Source of the DNA: an uncultured Planctomycetaceae bacterium
Lineage (GTDB): Bacteria > Planctomycetota > Planctomycetia > Isosphaerales > Isosphaeraceae
DNA: 64,000 nucleotides
Assembly: GCA_963833985.1 (NCBI GenBank)
Contig: CAWIAD010000002.1
Coordinates: forward strand, 3,872,001-3,936,000
Reading direction: 5' to 3'
Numbering within the stretch: position 1 is the stretch's first letter; every line of letters begins with the position of its first letter. Below are positions 9,254 to 18,761 of this stretch, in pieces. Position numbers and translations under genes: made by a program. Under the pieces are notes generated by a model. It made no database searches, was not told the origin of the DNA, and saw nothing but the letters and a program-made list of their open reading frames with translations.

Positions 9254-10314
9254 GGACAACGGCCATGCCTGGAGAACCCGCTGGCACAAAGAGATCCAGG
9301 CTTGGACCGGTGGTGAACCTCGCCCTGGTCGCCCTGGCGTTCGGCCTGCTGGGACTCGTGCTCTGGCAGAACCGAGAAAAGCTCCGTACGGTCTTCTCCC
9401 ACTCGCTCGACCTGCGGTTGCTGGCCCTGGGCGTCTTCATCTTCCAGACCAGCCTGATCATCACCTACATCCGCTGGTATCTCCTGGTACGCGTCATCGA
9501 GCCGCGGTTCACGTTGCGGTCCACCATGCTCCTGGGGTTCATCGGCTACGTATTCAACCTGGTGATCCCCGGCGCCGTGGGAGGAGACTTCATCAAGGCG
9601 GCCTACCTCGTGCGCATGCACATCAAGAAGACGCAGGCCATCGCCTCGATGGTGATTGATCGGATCCTCGGCTTGCTGGGCCTCTTCGTGCTCGCGGCGC
9701 TGGCCGGGGCGGCCGCCTGGAACAGCGTCAACTCCGCCGATGTCCGCAAGCTGATCGTGGCCGCCTGGATCGCAACCGCGCTGGCCTTCGCCGTGCTGGT
9801 GCTTATCTTCACACAGGCCCTCACCACGCTCTTCCCCGGGCTGGGAGGTTCCGGACACGGCCGCCTGGCGGGCGTCCTCACGGAGCTGAAGGCGATGTCA
9901 TCCACTTATCGCACGAGGCTGGACGTGGTCTTCGCGGGATTGGTGCTGTCGGTTATCGGCCACACCCTCAATGTCATCGCCTTCTATTTCATGGGCACCA
10001 TGCTCTTCCCCACGACGATGTCCACCACCCTCGGCCAGCACTTCCTCATGGTCCCGCTCACGCTCTTCACCATGGTTGTGCCAATTCCGTTCGGAGCCCT
10101 GGGGGTGAGCGAAGGCGTGGGCGACCAGCTTGGTAAGCTTGTCGGCCATCCCGGAGGCGCCCTGGCGATGCTGGGCTTTCGCGTGTTGATGTATGCCTGC
10201 GGGCTCATCAGCGCGTGCGTCTACCTGGCGAACCTCCGCGAGGTCCGCAGCCTCACCGCCGAGGCCCACCACCTGGAGGAAGAGTTCGAGGAGGGCGAAC
10301 TCGACCGCGGCTGA
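9250..10314 (+). CDS. UPF0104 / lysylphosphatidylglycerol synthase TM-domain (flippase-like) protein
   Basis: RW motif, [30 protein letters not shown]; multiple TMs. Confidence 0.85.
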   Translation: MRTTAMPGEPAGTKRSRLGPVVNLALVALAFGLLGLVLWQNREKLRTVFSHSLDLRLLALGVFIFQTSLIITYIRWYLLVRVIEPRFTLRSTMLLGFIGYVFNLVIPGAVGGDFIKAAYLVRMHIKKTQAIASMVIDRILGLLGLFVLAALAGAAAWNSVNSADVRKLIVAAWIATALAFAVLVLIFTQALTTLFPGLGGSGHGRLAGVLTELKAMSSTYRTRLDVVFAGLVLSVIGHTLNVIAFYFMGTMLFPTTMSTTLGQHFLMVPLTLFTMVVPIPFGALGVSEGVGDQLGKLVGHPGGALAMLGFRVLMYACGLISACVYLANLREVRSLTAEAHHLEEEFEEGELDRG

Positions 10315-11123
10315 CGGGTCGCGCCCGCGGGCGACGGCCTTTCCGCTGGCTCCCTCTTCACCTGAAGCTTGCCCGAGGCACTGGTCACCACGAACCGATC
10401 GCCAGAGGCCGGCTCGAAGGATTCGGGCTGACCCTGAGCCGCATCGAGCGAAAAGCTCAGCGCGGCTTTGCGGCACTGCTGATGAGTACGGATCACGCCT
10501 GGTGGCAGGGTGAGCTTCTGGTCGTCGAGCTGGTAGGCGATCTCGGCGGCGGACTGGTTGGCGACGGAGAACTCGATCGCTGCCGAGCGGGGCCGGCCGA
10601 AGACCTGGACGGCGTAGAACTTCCCGGACTGCTTGCTGGCCGCCACCCCCACGCCGATCTCCAGCAGGTCCGGGTCAAGCAGGTTCTTGCGATGTCCGGG
10701 CGACTTCTTCCAGCTTTCCATGAACCGCTGCGCCAGCTCGGCCGTCTGGAAGCCGGTTGTGCTGAATTCGTAAGCGATGTTCTCCGCGACGATGCAGGGC
10801 TCGTACCCGTGCTTGGTGGCCCGCTCCTCCGGGTTGCTGCCGTCTGCCTCGTGGCTGAACTTCTCGGATTCGGCAAGGAACCGGGCGAATTCACGCGCGG
10901 CCTCGTCGAGCTGCTCCCGGCGAGCCAGAGCGCCACGGTGCTCTTGCTCGCGGAACCTGTTGGTGCTCTCGAAGATCCCCCGGGCGACCGCGTCCACATC
11001 GGGGGTAGCCGGATCACCGGCGAGCGCTGCGTTCACCATCACAGCGCCGCCCGGAGCTTCTGGGTTTACGATGGCCGGCCACAAAGTCAGTACCGCAAGC
11101 AGAGTTTTCATCAGGGTCACCAT
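10221..11123 (-). CDS. Secreted CAP (SCP) domain protein
   Basis: Signal peptide; TNRFR, FSH, AENIA, WKKSPGHRKNLL, IGVG...YAVQVFG. Confidence 0.9.
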   Translation of the reverse strand: MVTLMKTLLAVLTLWPAIVNPEAPGGAVMVNAALAGDPATPDVDAVARGIFESTNRFREQEHRGALARREQLDEAAREFARFLAESEKFSHEADGSNPEERATKHGYEPCIVAENIAYEFSTTGFQTAELAQRFMESWKKSPGHRKNLLDPDLLEIGVGVAASKQSGKFYAVQVFGRPRSAAIEFSVANQSAAEIAYQLDDQKLTLPPGVIRTHQQCRKAALSFSLDAAQGQPESFEPASGDRFVVTSASGKLQVKREPAERPSPAGATRQPRSSSPSSNSSSRWWASAVRLRTSRRFAR

Positions 11124-11379
11124 GGTCGCAAGCAGGTCCTCTCACGAGGAAATCCAGGACGCGTTCCCGGCTTTCATCATTGGGAACGCGAGCCATGTCG
11201 TGAACCGCAGAGGACACTGGAGGCAACCGGCATTCCAGGCCGCCCCATTCGCGGCGTTCGGCCGTGCTCAGAATGCAGGTCGTGCCGGCGCCCGGCGACC
11301 CCGGGCGCGCGTGGCCGCGTGGCCCCGGGACCGCGCGCCGGGCTCGGTGCCCGGGGAAGGTGCTGCGGAGGGCGAGAGG

Positions 11380-13056
11380 TCACTCGAAAAGCCCACTGCG
11401 GTGGCGTTTCTGGGTGCCGACGAAATCCAGAGGACCCATGCTGGTACCGCCAGACCCTGAGGCGATGCGAACGTTCCCCACCGGCGCGCCCGTATTGCTC
11501 TCGACCGTCAGCAGAGCTGCTGTGGTGGTGGCAGTACCCACGCTGTTGGTGAAGACCGCCTGGTAGAGGTAGCCGTTCTGGCTGAGCAAGGTGGTGAAGG
11601 TCAAGGTCGTGTTGATGGCGCCGGCGATGTCGGAATAGGTCGCGCCGCCGTCCGTACTGACCTGCCACTGCACGCTCGGCGTGGGAACACCCGAAGCCGC
11701 TGCCGTGAACGATGCCGGGTCGCCCTCGGTCACCGTGGTGCGGCTTGGATTCTGCGTCACCTGAGGCGGTGCGGTCGGGATCACCTTCAGCGTGGTCCGC
11801 CCGCTGGTGGCGGCACGTAGGTTCGAGTCGCCCGCATAGGCATAAGTAATCGTGTATTTGCCGACCGCCAGCGTACTCGTGTCCAGCGACGTGGAGAAAT
11901 TACCGTTGGTATCGACGGCCGTCGCCACAGACACCCCGCTCAGCGTGACGATCACGTATTCCCCGATCGGGTAGGCGGATCCCGTCCCGACGTGGCCCGA
12001 GACGGTCGTCGAGGACGTGCCAACCGCGATCGTCGTTGTCGGGGTCAGCAGGCTGAATGCGGAGTGTGCCTTGGCAATCGTCAGCTTGCCCACGAGGGTC
12101 GCGTTGTTGTAGTTCGGATCGGAGCTTGTGAAGGTTGCCAGCACGGTGTAGGTGCCCGCGTACGGCGATTGATTAGGAAAGCCGTCGTAGGCAAACGCGA
12201 AGCTGCCGCTGACCTGGGTGACGCCATCGGTGCCGACGGCCTTGGCCGAGATCGGCTGGTACTGGCCGGTGTAGGTGGCATTCGTCCCGCTCAGAGTCAG
12301 CTTGGGCGTGGAGAGATTGGTGCTGGCTGCGGAGACGTTGAACTGGATCGTCTGCGTGACCGAGCCGAGCGCGTTCGAGGCCTTGAACGTGATGTTGACC
12401 TGTCCCACTTCGCTGCTTGTAGGTGTAAAGCTCACGAAGCCTCGCTTGGGATCAATCGAAGCGGTCTTCGGCCCGGACAGGACGGAATATGTCAGCGGGT
12501 TTCCGGCCACGTAAAGCGTGATCTGGGTCGTCATTCCGGCGGTCGCCGCCACCGGGCCGTACGACTCGTAGCCGTTGCTCAACTGGTAATAGGTCGAACC
12601 GTATTTCAGGCTGGGCGCAATCCATGTCTCACCCGTGGCCGGCTGCGAGTCCAACGATGAGCCCGCGGCATTCAGCGCCGTGATCAAGTAGGTGTGACTG
12701 CTGCCGGAGACGAGTCCGGCCACGTCATACGAGTTCGTCGGCACGTTTGTGGCGACGCTGCCGTAAACGTAGTGACCGCCATGGGAGCCCTTGCCGCCTC
12801 CATTGACGACCCAGGTCCGCTCGGTCACGTCGTACCCCGTGATCGTCGGATCCTTCGAGGCATTCCAGGTGAGCATGATGTCGGAGGCCGAGGTGCCGGC
12901 TGCCACGACGCCGGAGGGGGGCAGAGGGATGGTGATGGTGAGCAACTCACGGCTCTCCAGCCGCTCCAAGTCCAGTCGATAGGCCGTGACGCGGCTCCGT
13001 TCCCGCGGCCGGCTGCCTGAACGGACGATCCGCGCAAAGATGTCCAACATCATCAT
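11380..13056 (-). CDS. Planctomycete extracellular protein with FN3, He_PIG/cadherin-like, MBG and Ig-like domains
   Basis: LERLESRELLT motif; FN3 (LTWNAS...Y...ALNAAG); Ig I-set-like end (VQWQVSTDGG...YQAVFTNSVG). Confidence 0.8.
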   Translation of the reverse strand: MMMLDIFARIVRSGSRPRERSRVTAYRLDLERLESRELLTITIPLPPSGVVAAGTSASDIMLTWNASKDPTITGYDVTERTWVVNGGGKGSHGGHYVYGSVATNVPTNSYDVAGLVSGSSHTYLITALNAAGSSLDSQPATGETWIAPSLKYGSTYYQLSNGYESYGPVAATAGMTTQITLYVAGNPLTYSVLSGPKTASIDPKRGFVSFTPTSSEVGQVNITFKASNALGSVTQTIQFNVSAASTNLSTPKLTLSGTNATYTGQYQPISAKAVGTDGVTQVSGSFAFAYDGFPNQSPYAGTYTVLATFTSSDPNYNNATLVGKLTIAKAHSAFSLLTPTTTIAVGTSSTTVSGHVGTGSAYPIGEYVIVTLSGVSVATAVDTNGNFSTSLDTSTLAVGKYTITYAYAGDSNLRAATSGRTTLKVIPTAPPQVTQNPSRTTVTEGDPASFTAAASGVPTPSVQWQVSTDGGATYSDIAGAINTTLTFTTLLSQNGYLYQAVFTNSVGTATTTAALLTVESNTGAPVGNVRIASGSGGTSMGPLDFVGTQKRHRSGLFE

Positions 13057-13636
13057 CGCTCCCTGGTTGAAGAGTCTCAGAGTAGTGTAAAGATGGGTCC
13101 GACCGAACTGATCTCGTCGACGGACTGTTCTCTGAGGTCATTCTGCTGGAAGCGCCCGCCAACGCGCGACCGCACATCCTACCGGCCACCAAACCACGAA
13201 TTCAAGAATATTTATTTTCGTTACCAATCAAGCAAACATTAACACTGTGTCGCATTCAGTTTTGCGAAGCGGAGACCCCTGGCGTCACACCTTCGGAGCG
13301 GCTCCAGGAGGGCGTGGCGACCACAACTGTCGCACTGGGGTCCGTCCGCCTTCCTGCTGCTCGACGGTCAGACCGCTGACCGCCTGACGCCCAGCGCGAT
13401 CGCACCACACGGCATGGAGCTTTGGATCGGGGGCCTTGGCATCGGGTAGACTCCTGAGAAGGGATGGGCTGATCCGCTTCGCAGGCGACCAGAGCCGGCA
13501 AGACTGGTTATCGCGCACGCTTACGGCAAGAATGCCAGGTCACATCACCGCCCGGACCTCTGGTATCCTCTGGTTGCCGTCTCAAGCGGACCGGTGGGCT
13601 CACCCGCAGTTGAACCTGCCCGATGCCTGCGCGCCA

Positions 13637-15982
13637 TCAGCGGCTTTTTTCACCGGCAGCGCATTCAAGCTCGAACCAGAAGACGTCGGGGCTCAGCGGG
13701 CCTGGCATCTTGCCGACAAGCCTGTCGCCGCTCAATTCCAACGTCAGGCTCTCGGGCGCCGTGAGCAGGTTGAAATCCGTCTCCAGCAACCTCTCGCGAC
13801 GCTGACCCGTCCCCTGCACAGGAAAGTACAAAAGAATGCGGCCCGTTCCTGGCTCTGCCATGATCTTACCTTTGAATTCACGCCCCCCGCCCGGGCGATT
13901 CGCATCGCGCAGGGTTGCCGTGACCGCAAGCGTACTGGGATTGCACGTGTTGATCTGGAGCGTGCAGGGGGTGGACTGGTACTTGAGGTGCGCAAGCTTC
14001 TTCTGACCTTCGCGGGTAATCAGCTGGCCGTATCGTATGGGCGGACCGTACGGCATGTGGAACGTCCATTTCCCCTGAAAAAGGGTGCCTGGTACCAATC
14101 GGGCAAGGAAGGCGTCGATTCCCGGGCGGCCCATTGCGGGGCCGGCCACGCCAGCCGTCGGCGTTGCGGTCGCCGGTCTCCCGTTGCTTTCCTCTCGCAG
14201 GAGCTGAACCGGGTCATCGATCAGGAGGTGGGCTCGGCGCGAGATCGGAGTCTGGCGGAACGAACGCCAGCACCCGCTGCGCGGTACGAACCTCCCAGAG
14301 GTCGGCTGGCAGCGTGAACCTGGAATTCCGAGGCGCTCTCCGCAGCATGGTCGCGGTCATGCCGCAACCCCCCCGGACGGCGACGCCAAGCTCCCAGCTG
14401 GCGCCTGCAAGTGCCTGATCCGGGAAGGGGAAGTTGCGAACGGCATGATGAGCCTGGGCCGACCAGAGTGAGGCTTGCACCGCGACCAGCCCGCCAAGAC
14501 TTGCCAGCCACTCGAACGACGCCGGCCGTTCCGTTCCATTTGCCCAATCGCGCAGGATCGGCGTTGACTGGCCGATTGTCCATGGCCTTGCACTCGCGGT
14601 TCTGCTCGACCCCCATTGCCAGGCGAATCTCCTGGCCCGCTTGCCACTCCGGAATGAAGCAGACCTCAAACACCGACGGTTCCGGCGCGGTTGCGAAGTG
14701 AAGCAGCTCCAGGACCAGTGTGACATCGGTCAGTGTCTGGCCGCTCGTGTTTGCGACCGTGAACTTCCCCGGTGATTTGCCGGCCGCATCGGGAGCCGTG
14801 ATCCGGAACTGGATCAGTTCGTTGCTTTCCGGGCTGCCACGATAGATGTCGGGCAACTTCGCCACAATCGCGTTCCAACAATCAAGACGTGCCGTCTCCA
14901 TGGCGGCGTCCAATGCGGCACGCTTCCGGCCTGGGCGCTTGCCTTGTCGCTCTTCGAAGCCTCCTCGGCACGCGCACTCGCATTTTCATAACTATCGAAA
15001 CTACCTCGGTCGGCATTCTTGTCATAAGTGAATTTTCTCGGCACTTCGACCGCCTCATCAATCTTCCTGGCGGCGTCGATGGCCTCCTGGTTCCCGGCTT
15101 CAAGTCGAGCCACTGCTTCCTTCACGACCGGCTCACGAGCACCCTTGAGTTTTGGGATCACGCCCGTGAGCTGCTCACATGCCGGAGCTCCGTTGGCCAG
15201 GCTGGGAGTCCCGCCACGATGAGTCAGGTTTGACTTGCCGGCGTCAATGCCAAACGCGAACCGCGCACCATCGCCCCCGCGATAGATGTTCGAGAGCGCT
15301 TTCGCGAGCCTGGAGTATTCTTCGGACGGTGCGGACGGCGGGCGAGTTGCAATGCTCGGCATCTGGGCTATCACCGGCGCCGGATCTTGCATTCCGGCCG
15401 TTCCCCTTGCCGCCGGGGCCGGCACTTCACTACTGGACCAGGACGTGCGAGCCGTGGCGGCGCCTTGGCGAGCGGTGGGTTAGAGGACTGCTGATCCACT
15501 CCCTCCTGTTCCACGGAACTCTCCGGCATGAGGATCCAGAGAGCGGGGACGGCGACGGCGACTGTCAGCAGTGCCGCCCCGGCGCTGAGCCGGACCCAGC
15601 GCGAGCCGAACTGGCCCTGCTCGCCCGGCGAGACCGTTACCACGGGCTTGAGTTCGGGAACAGATTCCGGTTTCGCACAGTTAACGTTGGACGCAGGCGG
15701 AGGCTCGACGGGGTGGTAAGAGCCCGGCGCCGAAGTCTTTGCCGCGGGCGCGCTCGGTGTCGTGATGGGCGCCGAAGTCTTTGCCGCAGGCGCGCTCGGT
15801 GTCATGATCGGCGCTGGTAACAACCCTTCGACCATGGAAGCCGGTAACCACCGCGTCGTCCCCTCCTTCCGCACCTTATCCCCGGGTCCGATCTTGCCGC
15901 TTGCGGCCAGCTTCTTCAGCTCTCCCGACGTCAACGGCCCGAAGTCCTGGTCGCCCTGGATCAAGTACCACTGAGTCGCCAT
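13637..15982 (-). pseudogene. GYF_2 (DUF4339) membrane protein, broken into about 5 reading-frame pieces
   Basis: ATG 15982 MATQWYLIQGDQDFGPLTSGELKKLAASGKIGPGDKVRKEG...W, then a TM. Overlapping ORFs 15371-15982, 14814-15425, 14221-14913, 14214-14726 and 13637-14149 chain by single frameshifts. Confidence 0.6.
15726..15809. repeat. Tandem 42-bp repeat x2 (APIxTPSAPAAKTS)
   Basis: GGCGCCGAAGTCTTTGCCGCRGGCGCGCTCGGTGTCRTGATS seen twice. Confidence 0.9.
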
Positions 15983-16461
15983 GAAAACGACCCCTTGTAC
16001 TATGGAAATGGAGTCTGGTCGGCAGAGCTCCCGATCGCGCGGACCGGGAGCGACATCGCTCAGACAAAGCGCGCTCTGGCACTCGCGAGATGGACGCGAC
16101 CCGGTCAAGCCCTGAGGCCATGCTGCCGTGGTCCGAGGCTGCCGTGAGGAATCCGACTCAACATACCGTGATGTCAGCGACCTTGCAAGAACCCGATGCG
16201 GGATGGAGGGGCCAGATCATACGTCGTTGGCTGCTTGCGGTGCTCGGCCGATGCCGATGGACGTAGCTTCCGTCCGCCCCAGTTCCAGTCCTCCCGCTCG
16301 GCCAGTCGGCCCTAGCTCGCCGGCTGTCCAGCCTCTCCGCTGCGGCTCGCTTATTGACTCCATTCTGGAATGCGGCCACCCGGAAGCCGGCGCAATCCCA
16401 CGGCACCCCCGACTCTCTCTCCTTCGTGAATTCTGACAGTCCTCTGCTTGCCCGACCACCA

Positions 16462-16560
16462 CATCCACACGCTTCAATCCAGCGACTGGTAGCCGACCGC
16501 CTCGGCTATGTGCTGGGGCTGGATCTCGGTGGAGTCTTCCAGGCCGGCGATCGTGCGCGA
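16462..16560 (-). pseudogene. comM: 3' remnant of comM/yifB Mg-chelatase-like ATPase (possible att-site scar)
   Basis: Manual translation SRTIAGLEDSTEIQPQHIAEAVGYQSLD*SVW resembles the ComM C-terminus ARTIADL...I...H..EA..YRxLDR. Confidence 0.7.
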
Positions 16561-16690
16561 GAGGCGCTGCGGGGATCGTTGATCTCGGGCCTGTCCACGC
16601 TGATCAGCCTGATGGCCTCGGAATGGCCCTTCACCCGCACCACGACCGTTCCGCCATCGAGAACCTCGATGAGCGCGCCATCAGTCGCTG
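16561..16690 (-). pseudogene. N-terminal fragment of a thermonuclease (SNase)-family protein
   Basis: ALIEVLDGGTVVVRVKGHSEAIRLISVDRPEINDPR, a degenerate version of VIDGDT...VRLIGVDTPE. Confidence 0.55.
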
Positions 16691-17180
16691 GACGGGAAGC
16701 CGACCGATGCAGCCCGCGAGCGGCTCTGGCCTCACACGAATGGAGAGGTCAGTGAGGCGCACTGTCTTTCCCCGTCGATCGTGAGCTTCAGGTCGTTCTT
16801 GATGATCTACCGAGGTCCCAGAAGTGCGAGGCGCGGGTCGTTCAATTTGTCCTATAGAATAGACCGCGATCCCCTCCTCCAGAGGGATCTGGAATGGCCC
16901 TTCCCCTCTGTGAATCGCGGCTCCCGGCCCGGTTCCGATGAATCCAAAAATTTGCAAGCCGAAGCACGTCTTGAGTTGACTTGCTGCCGTCGCGGCAAGG
17001 AGAGGCGCCTATGGGTTCTGTGGATGGCTTTACCTTGCCTGGAGGAATGTCGTAGTGTGGTGCACTTCCGCTCGATGGTCCGCCACGGGGTACGACGCAG
17101 CCCGCCTGGCCAGAATCGCAGGGGAAGCGATCTCCCCGCGACCATCGAGCGCCGGCCCGGCGTTCGTCAGGATCAACCGG

Positions 17181-18716
17181 ATGCAATGGTTCTCTTCCCC
17201 CTGGTTCCAGCGCAAGCCCGTCGGCCAGCTCATTCACGAGATGAACTCCGGCGACCGGCTGCACCGCAAGCTGGGGCCGCTGGCCCTCATGTCGCTGGGC
17301 ATCGGCGCGACGATCGGCACCGGGCTCTATGTCTCCACGGGCATCATCGCCCGCGACGTGGCCGGTCCCTCGCTCATGGTCTCATTCCTGCTGGCCGCAG
17401 TGGGATGCGGTCTGGCGGCGCTCTGCTACTCGGAGCTGGCCAGCATGGTCCCGGTGGCAGGCAGTGCATACACCTACGCGTATGCCACGCTCGGTGAGCT
17501 GGTCGCCTGGATCATTGGCTGGGACCTCATCCTCGAGTACGCGATCGGTTCCTGCTACGTGGCCAACGGCTGGTCGAGCTACTTCGATTCGCTGCTCCAG
17601 CATGTCTTCCACCTCCAGCTTGACCCGCGGCTCCTGTTCTCGCCCTGGAATTACGACGTCCAGAAAGGCCAGTTCGTCCTCCAGCTCGTCACCTTGTCAG
17701 ACGGAACGCAGGCGGTGGCGTGGTTCAATCTCCCCGCGGTGGTTATCACCATGCTCATCACGGGCGTGCTGGTCGTGGGCATCGAGGAGAGCGCGGGGTT
17801 CAACGCCGCCATGGTGGTCGTCAATGTGGGTGTGGTCCTCACGGTCATCGGCGTGGGGGCCGCGTATATCGACCCGGCCAACTGGCGGCCGTTCCTGCAC
17901 AAGGACACCGGCTACAGCGGCATCGCACTGGGCGCAGCGCGGATCTTCATCGCGTACGTTGGTTTCGATTCCATCTCGACCCACGCCGAGGAGGCGCGCA
18001 AGCCCCAGCGGGATGTGGCCCTGGGCATCATGGGAGCGCTGCTCATCTGCACGGTGCTCTACGTCGCGGTTGCGGCCGTGCTCACGGGCATGATGCCGTA
18101 CACGGAAATCAACGAGGCGGCGCCGCTGGCCGCGGCCCTACAGTCCAAGGGGCTCAGCTTTGCCGGCACCATGGTCACGCTGGGAATCCTGGCGGGCATG
18201 ACCAGCTCGCTTCTGGTCGGCAACCTCAGCCAGCCGCGGATCCTGCTGGCGATGGCGCGCGACGGCCTGCTGCCACTCTCTTTCTTTGGAGCTGTCCATC
18301 CCCGGTTCAAGACTCCCTGGAAATCGACGATCCTGGTGGGCCTGGTGGTCGCGGCCGGAGGCGCACTGGCGCCACTGGGGTTCCTGGCCGAGCTGGTGAG
18401 CATTGGCACCCTCTTCGCGTTCGTCATCGTCTCGGCCGCGATCTGGATTCTCAGGATCACCGACCCGGATGTTCCCCGCCCGTTCCGCGTCCGGATCGCC
18501 CCGGTGGTGTCCATCTGCGGCGTGCTGGTCAACGGGGGCCTGATGTTCTCACTGGGCCGGGACAACTGGATTCGCCTGTTCGTCTGGCTGGTGATCGGCC
18601 TGTGCATCTACGTGGGCTACAGCCGGCACCACTCGGCCCTGAGCCGCAGGCTCAGCGCGGCACCGCAGGAAGAAGGGCCGCCCATCGCGGTCGCCGCGCC
18701 CGCCACGCAGGATTGA
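17181..18716 (+). CDS. APC-family amino acid permease
   Basis: LGIGATIGTG, ALCYSELASMVPVAGSAYTY, WIIGWDLILEY, GFDSIST.AEE, MARDGLLP; many TMs. Confidence 0.95.
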   Translation: MQWFSSPWFQRKPVGQLIHEMNSGDRLHRKLGPLALMSLGIGATIGTGLYVSTGIIARDVAGPSLMVSFLLAAVGCGLAALCYSELASMVPVAGSAYTYAYATLGELVAWIIGWDLILEYAIGSCYVANGWSSYFDSLLQHVFHLQLDPRLLFSPWNYDVQKGQFVLQLVTLSDGTQAVAWFNLPAVVITMLITGVLVVGIEESAGFNAAMVVVNVGVVLTVIGVGAAYIDPANWRPFLHKDTGYSGIALGAARIFIAYVGFDSISTHAEEARKPQRDVALGIMGALLICTVLYVAVAAVLTGMMPYTEINEAAPLAAALQSKGLSFAGTMVTLGILAGMTSSLLVGNLSQPRILLAMARDGLLPLSFFGAVHPRFKTPWKSTILVGLVVAAGGALAPLGFLAELVSIGTLFAFVIVSAAIWILRITDPDVPRPFRVRIAPVVSICGVLVNGGLMFSLGRDNWIRLFVWLVIGLCIYVGYSRHHSALSRRLSAAPQEEGPPIAVAAPATQD

Positions 18717-18761
18717 TCGATCCGGCCGGAGATCGAACAATCATGGAGTGGAGGTGTCCCC

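Noticed and set aside
10221..10314. Functional 94-bp convergent overlap of the CAP and UPF0104 genes
   Set aside because: The CAP tail in the overlap is low-complexity and may be read-through from an indel.
13256..13350. Structured ncRNA or tRNA-like element (short stems, CTTCGG)
   Set aside because: Stems are short and imperfect, with no tRNA or riboswitch consensus recognisable by eye; an Rfam/Infernal scan would be needed.
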